A stretch of DNA of 64,000 bases, taken from contig JAUWAW010000002.1 in the NCBI GenBank assembly GCA_030601865.1, positions 7,410 to 71,409 of the forward strand, in the 5' to 3' direction. The notes under the pieces are model-generated. The model did not search any database, was not told the origin of the DNA, and worked only from the letters and a program-made list of their open reading frames with translations. Numbering within the stretch: position 1 is the first letter of the stretch; each line of letters opens with the position of its first letter. Source of the stretch: Candidatus Nealsonbacteria bacterium. GTDB taxonomy: Bacteria > Patescibacteriota > Minisyncoccia > Minisyncoccales > JAUWAW01. Positions 26,178 through 34,534 of this stretch are shown one piece after another. Position numbers and translations under genes: made by a program.

Positions 26178-26236
26178 TTTAACCTGTTTAACATAATCAT
26201 TTTGTATTCTAAACTTATTCTACTTTTTTGTCAAAA

Positions 26237-27685
26237 TTACTCTCCTTTAATTACGGCCAAAGGCACCAGTTTTGCCACTTTTTTTGATAAACCAGCATTG
26301 TGCACCACCTCCACAACCTTGTCAACGTCTTTGTAAGCCAAAGGTGCCTCTTCGGAAATACCTCTGAAACTGCGGCATTTAATTATGATTCCTTTTTGCT
26401 TTAATTGATTTACTACCTCCTGTCCAGAAATCGTTCTGGTTGCTTGCCGCCGAGACATTGCTCTGCCCGCTCCATGTGCTGTTGAATAAAATGCCTCTTT
26501 TCCCTGCTCTGTGCCAACCATCACATAAGATGCTGTTCCCATAGTGCCGGGTAGAATCGTAGGTTGGCCGACCTCTTTATATCTTTCCGGAATCTCTAGG
26601 TGTTGGGGCGGGAAAGCCCGCGTTGCTCCTTTGCGATGCACCGCCACCTCAATTTCTTTTCCATCAATAACATACTTTTCTTTTTTGATAATGTTGTGGG
26701 CAACATCGTAAAGAGCTTTCAAAGAAGAAGCTTTTTCTCCTCCCAAAACATCTTTCCATGCCTTACGGATAAAATACGCTATCATTTGCCGATTAGCCCA
26801 AGCATAGTTAGCCGCCGCAGCCATAGCGGCAAAATATCTTTTGCCTTCTGGAGAGCTAAAAGGACAGCAAGCGAATTCTCTGTCTGGAACTTTTATTCCA
26901 TATCTTTGCATAGCAGGAATCATTGTTCTTAAATAATCAGTACAGACCTGATGACCTAAACCACGACTTCCGGTGTGAATCATAATTACAATTTGGTCTT
27001 TAAATAGCCCAAAAACTTTCGCTACTTTTTCATCAAAAATTTCTTCAGCTTTTTGGATCTCCAAGAAATGATTTCCCGAGCCGAGCGTGCCAACCTGGTC
27101 TCTCCCCCTCATTTTTGCTCGTTCAGAAACAGTAGAAACATCTGCCCAATCCAATCTTCCTCCTGCCTCGCAATTCTCAACATCTTCTAGTACACCGTAT
27201 CCCTTTTCTACCAAATGCTTTGCTCCTCCTTCTAAAATCCTGTCTATCTCCTCAATTGACAATTTTACCTTTCTACCTCTTCCCAGTCCCGAAGGCACTT
27301 CTCGTTGAATTGCAGATGCTAAATTTTCCAAATGGGGCTTAATATCCTTTTCAGAATAATCCGATTTCAACAACTTCATTCCGCAATTTATGTCAAAACC
27401 GCACGCTCCAGGCGAGATAATTCCTTCTGGAATTTTAATTGCTCCGACAAACCCAATGGGCACCGAATAACCCTCGTGACAGTCAGGCATCACAATGCCA
27501 TATTTTACTATACCAGGTAAAGTAGTCCCATTTATTAACTGATGTATTGATTCATCTCGAAAAATATTCTCTAGCATCTTCTCCGAAGCATAAATCCTCG
27601 CTGGCACGCGCATATCAGACCGAAAACTTTTGGGAATTTCCCAAAGATAATCGTTAATTTTCTTGAAATCTTTTTTGGAAAGCAT
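26237..27685 (-). CDS. rtcB: RNA-splicing ligase RtcB
   Basis: MPDCHEGYS, GFDINCG, GSGNHF, HTGSRGLGHQV, HNI... motifs of RtcB. Confidence 0.92.
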   Translation of the reverse strand: MLSKKDFKKINDYLWEIPKSFRSDMRVPARIYASEKMLENIFRDESIHQLINGTTLPGIVKYGIVMPDCHEGYSVPIGFVGAIKIPEGIISPGACGFDINCGMKLLKSDYSEKDIKPHLENLASAIQREVPSGLGRGRKVKLSIEEIDRILEGGAKHLVEKGYGVLEDVENCEAGGRLDWADVSTVSERAKMRGRDQVGTLGSGNHFLEIQKAEEIFDEKVAKVFGLFKDQIVIMIHTGSRGLGHQVCTDYLRTMIPAMQRYGIKVPDREFACCPFSSPEGKRYFAAMAAAANYAWANRQMIAYFIRKAWKDVLGGEKASSLKALYDVAHNIIKKEKYVIDGKEIEVAVHRKGATRAFPPQHLEIPERYKEVGQPTILPGTMGTASYVMVGTEQGKEAFYSTAHGAGRAMSRRQATRTISGQEVVNQLKQKGIIIKCRSFRGISEEAPLAYKDVDKVVEVVHNAGLSKKVAKLVPLAVIKGE

Positions 27686-27732
27686 AGTTTTAAAAATTTG
27701 GAGAGAGCAAATCTGGTTTGCTCTCTCCTTCT

Positions 27733-27834
27733 TTATAGAAAGTTGGCTATAACCAACCAGCTAACTCCGAGTGTCCATAGAAGCACAATAACCGCAATTA
27801 TTATAATCACTCCTAAATTATTTATCTTCTTCAC
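27733..27834 (-). CDS. Possible 33-aa single-TM peptide (not in track)
   Basis: GGGAGG Shine-Dalgarno about 10 nt upstream of GTG. Sequence VKKINNLGVIIIIAVIVLLWTLGVSWLVIANFL. Confidence 0.25.
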   Translation of the reverse strand: MKKINNLGVIIIIAVIVLLWTLGVSWLVIANFL

Positions 27835-27955
27835 TAAGATCAACCTCCCATCTAAAATGGTAAAATTCTATTTCTATTATAGCCCAGCCTTAAATATCAA
27901 ACAACACCACTGCCTGCCAAATGCCGTTCTCTTTTTCGCTATATGTTCTAAAATT

Positions 27956-29221
27956 TCAAACTTTTTCATATAGTTTTTGAAACTCCTCACGGGCGACTTG
28001 GCGGTCATCCCAGGGAATCTTTTCATTATTTGCTATACAAATCCAGGGTTCGCAGCCCTTGCCGGTAATTATAATTGTATCGCTCGGCTGAGCCATTTCC
28101 AAGGACTTTCGGATGGCTTCCCGTCTGTCTAAAATTGTTCTTGCCTTGATGCCTGCGCCGTTGGCAACTTGATTGATAATTTCCATTGGGTCTTCGTCAT
28201 ACGGGTCTTCATTGGTAATAATTATCTCTTTGCAGTATTTTGCTGCTATCTCTCCTAAAATTTTTCTTTTCCACTTGTCTCTACCCCCACCGCAAGCCCC
28301 CAGCACACAAATCAGATGTTTAACTTGCGATGTTAAACATTCGTAAACTTGTTTAAGGGCATTGGGCGTAAAAGCATAATCAACAATTACTCTGAAGGGA
28401 CTGGAAATAACTTTTTCCATTCTGCCTGGCACACCTTTTACTTTTGCCAGCGCTTGCTTACACTGCTCAAGAGAAACACCCTGCGATAAACCAATACAAA
28501 TAGCGGCTAAAGCGTTATTAATATTGAATTTGCCAAGTAAACGAATTACGAATTTAGAATTATGAATTAAGAATGAAATGCTTTTGTCTTCCACGTTTAT
28601 TTCTTTTGCTTGTACTATCTTTAAATTCGTGATTCGTGATTCGTGATTCGTGATTCCATAACCATAGATTATCTCGGCTGGGAATTGTAAAAAATAATCA
28701 GCGTTTTTGTCGTCTATGTTTATAATATGCGTTCCCTTGCATATTTTAAAAAATTTTCCTTTAGTTTCTCTGTAATTTCCAAAGCTTCCGTGACGTTCAA
28801 TATGTTCTGGAGATAAATTAGTAAAAACAGCCGCAGCAAAATCAATAAATCTGTGGCGGTGCTGTAAAATACCCTCTGAGGTTACTTCTAAAACTACGTA
28901 TTTACAGCCAGCCCGAACTGCCTGCCTCAAGAATTTTTGCAGCTGAAATCTGCCCGGCATTGTCATTTTCAATTTGTTTTCTTCTTCTCTATTGCCAATC
29001 TTGAACTTTATTGAAGAAGCCGAAGCCACTCTATACCCCGCCTCCTCTAAAATTTTTGTCGCCAAATTCACGGTGGTTGTCTTGCCATTAGTGCCGGTAA
29101 CTCCGATAACCGTTAATTTCCGCGAAGGAAATCTATAAACAATTGCGCCCAAAAAAGCCAGTAAAAAATGATACCAATTGATTAAAAAACCAGGGATAAT
29201 TTTTTTGATTATTGCTTTCAT
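27956..29221 (-). CDS. Mur ligase family protein (MurE-like UDP-MurNAc-tripeptide synthetase)
   Basis: P-loop VIGVTGTNGKTTT, central and C-terminal Mur ligase domains (DYAFTPNAL). In-frame heptamer-array hairpin at 28541-28656. Confidence 0.8.
   Translation of the reverse strand: MKAIIKKIIPGFLINWYHFLLAFLGAIVYRFPSRKLTVIGVTGTNGKTTTVNLATKILEEAGYRVASASSIKFKIGNREEENKLKMTMPGRFQLQKFLRQAVRAGCKYVVLEVTSEGILQHRHRFIDFAAAVFTNLSPEHIERHGSFGNYRETKGKFFKICKGTHIINIDDKNADYFLQFPAEIIYGYGITNHESRITNLKIVQAKEINVEDKSISFLIHNSKFVIRLLGKFNINNALAAICIGLSQGVSLEQCKQALAKVKGVPGRMEKVISSPFRVIVDYAFTPNALKQVYECLTSQVKHLICVLGACGGGRDKWKRKILGEIAAKYCKEIIITNEDPYDEDPMEIINQVANGAGIKARTILDRREAIRKSLEMAQPSDTIIITGKGCEPWICIANNEKIPWDDRQVAREEFQKLYEKV
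28541..28656. repeat. Inverted pair of heptamer arrays, in frame in the Mur ligase gene
   Basis: 5x NNGAATT (ACGAATT ACGAATT TAGAATT ATGAATT AAGAATG), a 49-nt spacer, then 4.5x ATTCGTG. Translated as GITNHESRITN...IHNSKFVIRLL. Confidence 0.75.
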
Positions 29222-29796
29222 TTGCCTAAAATTTGCAAGGCCCTTTTTATCCTTTCTTGAGGGTTTTTTATTTCTTTGGGAAGTTGAGATAAAGCTCTTT
29301 TGGCCTGGTCTTTTGAAAAGCCGAGGTTAAACAAAGCTAAGAAGGCCTCATCTTGTTCAAAAGAATCTTTTTCTTTTTTGGGCGAGGGCTCTTTCGTTTT
29401 AAGCTTGCCGGCTAATTCCAAAATAATCTTCTGGGCTTTTTTCTTGCCAATGCCGGGCACCCCTTCAAAGATTGCTTCATTGCCTTTTTCTATTTCTTTT
29501 TTGATTTTTTCCGGTGAATCAAGCGAGGAAATTTCAAGCGCTGCCTTAGGACCAACGCCGGAAACGTTCCTGACTAACTTAAAAAGTTCAAGTTCTTCAA
29601 AGCTTAAAAAGCCAAATAATTTCAAACTTCGCTCGCCCACGTCCAAATAACAAAAAACCTTGACTGCCTCATTTTCTTTTGGCAGCTTCTCCAAGGTCCG
29701 GCCTGAAACAAAAACCTCATAGCCAACTCCCGCTACTTCCAAAATAATAAACCCTTCCTTTTTCAAAATAATTTTTCCCTCAAGACATGAAATCAT
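29218..29796 (-). CDS. ruvA: Holliday junction branch migration complex subunit RuvA
   Basis: MISCLEGKI...GVGYEV OB-fold start and HhH motifs VSGVGPKAALEI / VPGIGKKKAQKI. Confidence 0.85.
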   Translation of the reverse strand: MISCLEGKIILKKEGFIILEVAGVGYEVFVSGRTLEKLPKENEAVKVFCYLDVGERSLKLFGFLSFEELELFKLVRNVSGVGPKAALEISSLDSPEKIKKEIEKGNEAIFEGVPGIGKKKAQKIILELAGKLKTKEPSPKKEKDSFEQDEAFLALFNLGFSKDQAKRALSQLPKEIKNPQERIKRALQILGK

Positions 29797-29880
29797 TAGT
29801 TTATTCTACCATTGATTTAAGAAATAAAAAATGGCCATATGTCATATTAAAACACAGGGCCTAAGCTGAATTGTGATATT

Positions 29881-30144
29881 TTATTCAGCATTTTGTGATT
29901 TGTTTTCCTTACGTCCTTTTAAGATATACCATGGAAAGCAAATCAGTATCGCCACAAGCAACCCACCGTTCTCAAAAATGGTATTCCGAACGGAAAACCA
30001 CGAAGATAGACACAAGCAAAACAGGATAGCCCAGGGGAAAATAAAACGCCTCTTCTTTGCTGATTTCCATAGGATGTCCACTGTGAAAATGATAAGGAAA
30101 ATAGAGACAAGCACTTTAAGAATCAAGTCCAATGCTAGTATCAT
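29881..30144 (-). CDS. Small membrane protein (87 aa)
   Basis: AGGAGGTGA SD 5 nt upstream of the ATG; 3 hydrophobic helices. The opposite-strand track ORF 29873..30163 was rejected. Confidence 0.5.
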   Translation of the reverse strand: MILALDLILKVLVSIFLIIFTVDILWKSAKKRRFIFPWAILFCLCLSSWFSVRNTIFENGGLLVAILICFPWYILKGRKENKSQNAE

Positions 30145-30176
30145 TATTTTTCACCTCCTGTAGAAAATTCTTGCCT

Positions 30177-30368
30177 TCAACGGAGAAGGCGACCTATCGT
30201 AAAGCCTATTCCGCCCCCGCCAACGGCTGCGAGGGTAATTATCCCCAACATTTTTATAAGAACTTCCGTGGGAGGAAGAGTAAGGGCTGGATAGATAAAA
30301 AGTTTAACTCCCCACCAACTAAGTACCCCCAGCGCTGGATTAGGTAAAACCAAAAACCTTTTCATCAT
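30177..30368 (-). CDS. Small membrane protein (63 aa)
   Basis: GAGGTGGAAG SD-like sequence upstream of ATGATG; 2 TM helices. Forms a two-gene unit with 29881..30144. Confidence 0.45.
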   Translation of the reverse strand: MMKRFLVLPNPALGVLSWWGVKLFIYPALTLPPTEVLIKMLGIITLAAVGGGGIGFTIGRLLR

Positions 30369-30468
30369 CTTCCACCTCTTCCTTATTGTATTGTTAAAAT
30401 GGAAGGACTACCTTCCACTATGTTTATTTTACCACCACAACATTAAGATGTAAATGAACACAGAACTC

Positions 30469-30507
30469 AATACGCCATAATTCTGCCATGGCTTTCTTAC
30501 GGCGTAT
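30469..30507. repeat. AATACGCC palindrome, copy C1
   Basis: AATACGCCATAATTCTGCCATGGCTTTCTTACGGCGTAT. It supplies the spurious upstream ATG (30488) of the next ORF. Confidence 0.75.
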
Positions 30508-30523
30508 ATGTTATAATGAGATA

Positions 30524-31108
30524 ATGACTAAATATAAATATTATTTTAGGAAACCGAGGTCGGAAATTGTTAAAGATGTTCTTTCGTGGTTAATGGTGGC
30601 TGGAATGATTTATATAGCTGCCGGTTCTCCGTATTTTGTTGCAAATGTTTCAAAAAGCTTTAAGAAGGCGCGAAAATATAAAAAGAAAAGGGTCTATGAT
30701 ACTTTTTATAAATTACAAAAACAAGGGTGCATTAAGATTACGAAGAAGAATAAGCAAATTTACATTAGCTTAACGGAAAAAGGTAGAAAGAAAGCGGGGT
30801 GGCTTCAGATAGATAGTTTGAAAATAAAAAGACCTAAAAAATGGGACGGCAAATGGAGAATAGTTATTTTTGACATTGCTCAACTTAAAAAAATGTATCG
30901 TGAGGCATTTCGAGGGAAATTAAAAGAGTTAGGATTTCGCCCCTTGCAAAAGAGTGTCTGGATTCATCCCTTTGACTGCCAAGATGAAATAGAACTCTTG
31001 AAAGATTTTTTCGGATTATCAGAAAAAGAAATGCGATTTATTGTTGCCCAAGACATTGGCCAAGACGATAAAATTAAAAAGAACTTTAACCTTTCACAAC
31101 CAAATTGA
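30524..31108 (+). CDS. PaaX-C-terminal-like domain protein with N-terminal TM/wHTH-like region
   Basis: KKWDGKWRIVIFDIAQLKKMYREAFRGKLKELGFRPLQKSVWIHPFDCQDEI is the W-G-W-(I/V)-FDI...GF..LQ.SVW..P pattern. The ORF is flanked by C1 and C2. Confidence 0.55.
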   Translation: MTKYKYYFRKPRSEIVKDVLSWLMVAGMIYIAAGSPYFVANVSKSFKKARKYKKKRVYDTFYKLQKQGCIKITKKNKQIYISLTEKGRKKAGWLQIDSLKIKRPKKWDGKWRIVIFDIAQLKKMYREAFRGKLKELGFRPLQKSVWIHPFDCQDEIELLKDFFGLSEKEMRFIVAQDIGQDDKIKKNFNLSQPN

Positions 31109-31127
31109 AAAGCAAACTAGGACACAC

Positions 31128-31167
31128 AATACGCCATAAGAAAGCCATGGCTTTTTTATGGCGTATT
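31128..31167. repeat. AATACGCC palindrome, copy C2 (inverted relative to C1)
   Basis: AATACGCCATAAGAAAGCCATGGCTTTTTTATGGCGTATT. Confidence 0.75.
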
Positions 31168-31176
31168 GGTAAAGCA

Positions 31177-31248
31177 ATGCAAGTTGTTCCTAACCTCGAC
31201 TTTAAACACGCGGCTGAAATCCGCGACTTGATTAAAAAATTAAAATAA
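31177..31248 (+). pseudogene. Orphan UVR-motif mini-ORF (probable 3' remnant of uvrB or another UVR-domain gene)
   Basis: MQVVPNLDFKHAAEIRDLIKKLK resembles the UvrB C-terminal NLEFEEAAQIRDQL motif. There is no upstream body; it starts right after repeat C2. Confidence 0.3.
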
Positions 31249-31265
31249 TTTAATATAAAATCACT

Positions 31266-31532
31266 ATGCCAATAACTAAGTCAGCTAAAAAAGCGTTGAG
31301 GCAGAATATAAAGAGGAGGAAGCGAAATATTCAGAGGAAAAGGAAAATAAAAGACCTTATCAAAGAGGTGAGGAATTTAGTTGCTCAAAAAAAGATTGAA
31401 CAAGCCAAAAAACTCCTGCCCAAAATTTACAAGGCCTTAGATAAAACAGCCAAAGTCGGCGTCATAAAAAAGAATACCGCCAGCCGAAAAAAATCAAGAA
31501 TAACAAAACTGACCGCGAAGCGGTCACCCTGA
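31266..31532 (+). CDS. rpsT: 30S ribosomal protein S20
   Basis: MPITKSAKKALRQNIKRRKRN... is a typical S20 basic helical protein. Confidence 0.85.
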   Translation: MPITKSAKKALRQNIKRRKRNIQRKRKIKDLIKEVRNLVAQKKIEQAKKLLPKIYKALDKTAKVGVIKKNTASRKKSRITKLTAKRSP

Positions 31533-31595
31533 GGAGGCCGAAGGCCGACGAAGGGTCTCGTGACTTAACAACGGGATTCTTCGGCTTCGCCTCAG
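31529..31595. repeat. GC-rich imperfect hairpin overlapping the rpsT stop (terminator/repeat)
   Basis: CTGAGG-AGGCCGAAGGCCGACGAAGG...CTTCGGCTTCG-CCTCAG. Shares TGAGGAG(G)CCGAAG(G)CCGACGAA(A/G)GG with the core of repeat G1. Confidence 0.55.
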
Positions 31596-31618
31596 AATGA
31601 CAGTTTCTTAATTCAAGA

Positions 31619-31676
31619 TTATATATTTATACATTAGCGAATCAAGGTTCTGCGAGCAAAGTGAGCAGGTTCTTAT
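31619..31676. repeat. 60-nt repeat, copy G2
   Basis: TATATATTTATACATTAGCGAATCAAGGTTCT-GCGAGCAAAGTGAGC-AGGTTCTTATAT. Confidence 0.7.
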
Positions 31677-32617
31677 ATTTCGGTAATCAACAAATCTAAC
31701 GCCGTTTCTGGATCTATTCTTCCTGTTTTTATATCAACATCTATTTGAAAAATCTTGTGAAAGATTTTTTTTAATTCCTCAAGGCGAAATCTCTGTGCCT
31801 GCTGAAGACACTTTTGAACTACAAAGGGGTGAAGCTTGGCTTCTTTCAAAATACTATAATAGGGTTTTTGTTTTTCCATTAAATCTTTGACTATCAATAA
31901 ATTGCGAAATTGGTAATTAATCATACTGAGAAGATATAAGGGGTTGTCCCCCTTTTCTAAATGCTTATGAAGAAGCCGAAGGGCTGTTTTTTTATCCTTT
32001 GAAGCTATAGCATCTATGGTTTTAAAAATATCTGTTTCTATCTTTGCTTTAACCAGAAGGTCAATGTCTTCTGGCTGAATTTCTTTTCTTTGTCTGTTAT
32101 GGGTGTAAGCAACTAATTTCTTAATCTCCTGACTCATTTGCCAGAGGTTATTACCCACAAAATCAACGAGTTTGTCTAAGGCCTGGGGAGTGACTGTTGT
32201 CTGCACCTTGGCGAGCTCTCTTTTGATCCAATTCTTTAATGGCGTTTTAGTCAAAGGTTTAAATTCCTGAACTTTAGCTTGAGTTTTTAAAAATTTAAAC
32301 AAAGAATCATTTTGAGAAACTGCTCCCCCTTCATAAAATAAGATAATGTCGTCTGTTTCTGTAAATCTTTTTGAAGGCTTTAAAAATCTCCCTTTAAATT
32401 CTGGATTGGTAAAGACATTGGTCAAGATGAATAATTTTTTTTCTTTAAACATTGAAGTAGTTACTACTCCATCTTTAAAGTCCTGGAAGTTATTTTCTTT
32501 CAAATCAAAATATTTTAAATTCAACCCACTCTGGTGGATTTTTTTGTAATGCACTACTATCTCTCGCAGTTTCTTTCGCGACCTATAAGTATCTGAGCCG
32601 TAGAGGAATAGAATCAT
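31673..32617 (-). CDS. holA: DNA polymerase III delta subunit
   Basis: MILFLYGSDTYRSRKKL N-terminus, with length and helical C-terminal domain typical of HolA. Family call rests on overall pattern only. Confidence 0.7.
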   Translation of the reverse strand: MILFLYGSDTYRSRKKLREIVVHYKKIHQSGLNLKYFDLKENNFQDFKDGVVTTSMFKEKKLFILTNVFTNPEFKGRFLKPSKRFTETDDIILFYEGGAVSQNDSLFKFLKTQAKVQEFKPLTKTPLKNWIKRELAKVQTTVTPQALDKLVDFVGNNLWQMSQEIKKLVAYTHNRQRKEIQPEDIDLLVKAKIETDIFKTIDAIASKDKKTALRLLHKHLEKGDNPLYLLSMINYQFRNLLIVKDLMEKQKPYYSILKEAKLHPFVVQKCLQQAQRFRLEELKKIFHKIFQIDVDIKTGRIDPETALDLLITEI

Positions 32618-33762
32618 TTTACAAAGTAGAAAATTTGGCCAATAGCTCCCAGTAAGAATATACCTATTAAAAAGTATAAGAAGATGGAAGGAATTTTCAA
32701 GCTGTATTCTGGCTGGCGATTGCCTAATTTTTTTGCTTTTTTTAACATCAATAAAATTAAACTGCCCTCAACTGCTCCAATAATCACTCCAGCTAGACCA
32801 ATAACGCCAACAAAACTTCTGATGCCAAATAGAAATAGTAAGATGGGAATGCCAAGCACCAAGACAGTGGCTATACCTTTTCTCATCTTCAGGTCATAGA
32901 TAAAGGTGTTTTTAAGATTAATGCCCCAGAGCAGGAAAGAAGTGCTAACCGCTAAAATGCCAAACAGAGCTCCTAAACCAGCTATGTTTTTGCCCAAAAC
33001 CTGGGAGAGTCCTTTGATAGCTTCCTGGGTTGTGAATCCCCCCGAAACTCCAACCACCACCAGGGCAAAAAGAAAATATAAAGCAGCCGGAATAAGTGTT
33101 CCCAAGATTATGACTTTTAAGAAACTTTTGTTGCTTCTTCTGCTAACGGGGTACAGGATTTCTTTAATCTCTGGTATAGCCCCCAGGCCAATTAAAGCAA
33201 AGAAGATGACACCATAAGGGAGAAAAATATGGGAAAGGTTTAAGTCGGCCAAATTATTCAAATTCATTTTAGGTACTCCCCAAAAAAAGATAATGGCTAT
33301 AACCATTATTAAGAAAATGGTCATTAAAAATTCCATCCAGGCAACGGTTTTGATACCTCGCCAAACCGCAAAAGATAAAATAGCCCAGAAAAAAAGTCCA
33401 GCCATAAGTTGGTTGGAAAATAAATAGGGAAAAAGAATGTTTAAAAAATGAGAGCCCACAATAATATAGGCCAGAAGAGCTGATAACAAGCCAAAACTTA
33501 CTGAAAAGAAACTAAGTCCTTTTGCCCATTTACCAAGGTATTTTGCTGCATAGCCGGGCAGACGATGTTTCTCTTGGGTCCGGCAGACAATCTCTCCATA
33601 AACTAAATGAAGAAGCAAGATGACTCCTCCAAAAAATATAAGATAGGCAGCCCCAATCCAAAATCCTGCTCGAGAAACCACATAGGGAATACCAAAAATG
33701 CCTACCCCTACTATGGCCCCAACAAGAGAGGCCAGGGCAAAGTAAAACTTTTTATTGAACAT
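32614..33762 (-). CDS. Amino acid permease (aromatic amino acid/Trp-Tyr permease-like), about 11 TM
   Basis: Polytopic protein with GVGIFGIPYVVSRAGF at the N-terminus. I prefer the ATG at 33762 (MFNKKF...) because the track start at 33822 overlaps mgtC by 71 nt. Confidence 0.65.
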   Translation of the reverse strand: MFNKKFYFALASLVGAIVGVGIFGIPYVVSRAGFWIGAAYLIFFGGVILLLHLVYGEIVCRTQEKHRLPGYAAKYLGKWAKGLSFFSVSFGLLSALLAYIIVGSHFLNILFPYLFSNQLMAGLFFWAILSFAVWRGIKTVAWMEFLMTIFLIMVIAIIFFWGVPKMNLNNLADLNLSHIFLPYGVIFFALIGLGAIPEIKEILYPVSRRSNKSFLKVIILGTLIPAALYFLFALVVVGVSGGFTTQEAIKGLSQVLGKNIAGLGALFGILAVSTSFLLWGINLKNTFIYDLKMRKGIATVLVLGIPILLFLFGIRSFVGVIGLAGVIIGAVEGSLILLMLKKAKKLGNRQPEYSLKIPSIFLYFLIGIFLLGAIGQIFYFVK

Positions 33763-34207
33763 TTTTCGGTTTCCCCTTAAAAATCTTTCTCTCCAACATT
33801 CCCAGGCCCGATAAAATAACAATGGCTAAGAGGGTAGTGAAGATAGCTAAAAAATACAATCTGGAACCGACAGCTATGCCAATGGCAGAGGCCACCCACA
33901 AAGCAGCAGCCGTGGTTAGGCCCTCAATCCTAGCCTGCCTGAAGATAATAATTCCTGCTCCAATAAAGCCAATACCTATGGCTATTGCTTGAATGACCCG
34001 AGAAGGATCAAAGCTAACACCTGGTTTGTCAGCCAGGATATTAAAAAATTCAAAAGAAATTAGAGTAAAAAGACAAGCGCCTAAAGCCACTAAACTGTAG
34101 GTTTGCAGGCCCGCTTCTTTCCTTTTATATTCTCGCTCAATACCAATCAACGCGCCCAGAACCAGAGCTAAAACCAACTGAAAAGCAATTTGCATTTGAG
34201 GTGCCAT
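33752..34207 (-). CDS. mgtC: MgtC/SapB family membrane protein
   Basis: LVLALVLGALIGIEREYKRKEAGLQTYSLVALGACLF is the MgtC signature. Confidence 0.8.
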   Translation of the reverse strand: MAPQMQIAFQLVLALVLGALIGIEREYKRKEAGLQTYSLVALGACLFTLISFEFFNILADKPGVSFDPSRVIQAIAIGIGFIGAGIIIFRQARIEGLTTAAALWVASAIGIAVGSRLYFLAIFTTLLAIVILSGLGMLERKIFKGKPKNVQ

Positions 34208-34247
34208 GTTTTTGTTTTTAAGTCTTTTGTTTTTAAGTCTTTAGACT

Positions 34248-34520
34248 TTACAATCTATACACTTTATAACCTTCTCTTACTTTCTCTTTTACTTTCAATC
34301 CCACTGAATCCCCCTTTTTGGCTTTTTCTTTCTTTTCATGCTCAATCTCTATTGATTCCACTTTTTGGGTAAAATCAGTTTCCACACCTCCGACGATACG
34401 GATAGTGTCTCCTACTTTTAGAGTTCCGGTAAGCTCAATCACTGCCACCTCAATGTTGGAAAAATAATGACTAACCTTGCCTATTAGTTTCCCCTCAGGA
34501 ACAGGTTCTTGATTGGGCAT
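34248..34520 (-). CDS. Small beta-barrel protein resembling translation-factor domain 2
   Basis: GKVSHYFSNIEVAVIELTGTLKVGDTIRIVG...GDSVGLKV pattern. Confidence 0.5.
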   Translation of the reverse strand: MPNQEPVPEGKLIGKVSHYFSNIEVAVIELTGTLKVGDTIRIVGGVETDFTQKVESIEIEHEKKEKAKKGDSVGLKVKEKVREGYKVYRL

Positions 34521-34534
34521 ATTTTTTAATTAAG

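Noticed and set aside
25988-26200. 70-aa track ORF (…NPVKCCFTAISPKAKLFNWV…). The same applies to 5871..6095.
   Set aside because: The sequence is a read-through of the three-way-junction repeat A3 (heptamer repeats in the case of 5871..6095). A different frame gives a more plausible 50-aa basic protein.
28541-28656. CRISPR array formed by the short tandem repeats. The same question applies to 20314-20341, 43917-43948 and 52451-52484.
   Set aside because: The units are 7 nt with no spacers, lie inside intact ORFs, and no cas genes are present.
30488-30523. Longer N-termini from the ORF track: 30488 (MAFLRRICYNEI), 63383 (MFGYCFLYLGDY), 33822, 17350, 23870, 41672, 45093
   Set aside because: The extensions are encoded by repeat elements or overlap the upstream gene. 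Internal starts align with paralogues or with family N-termini.
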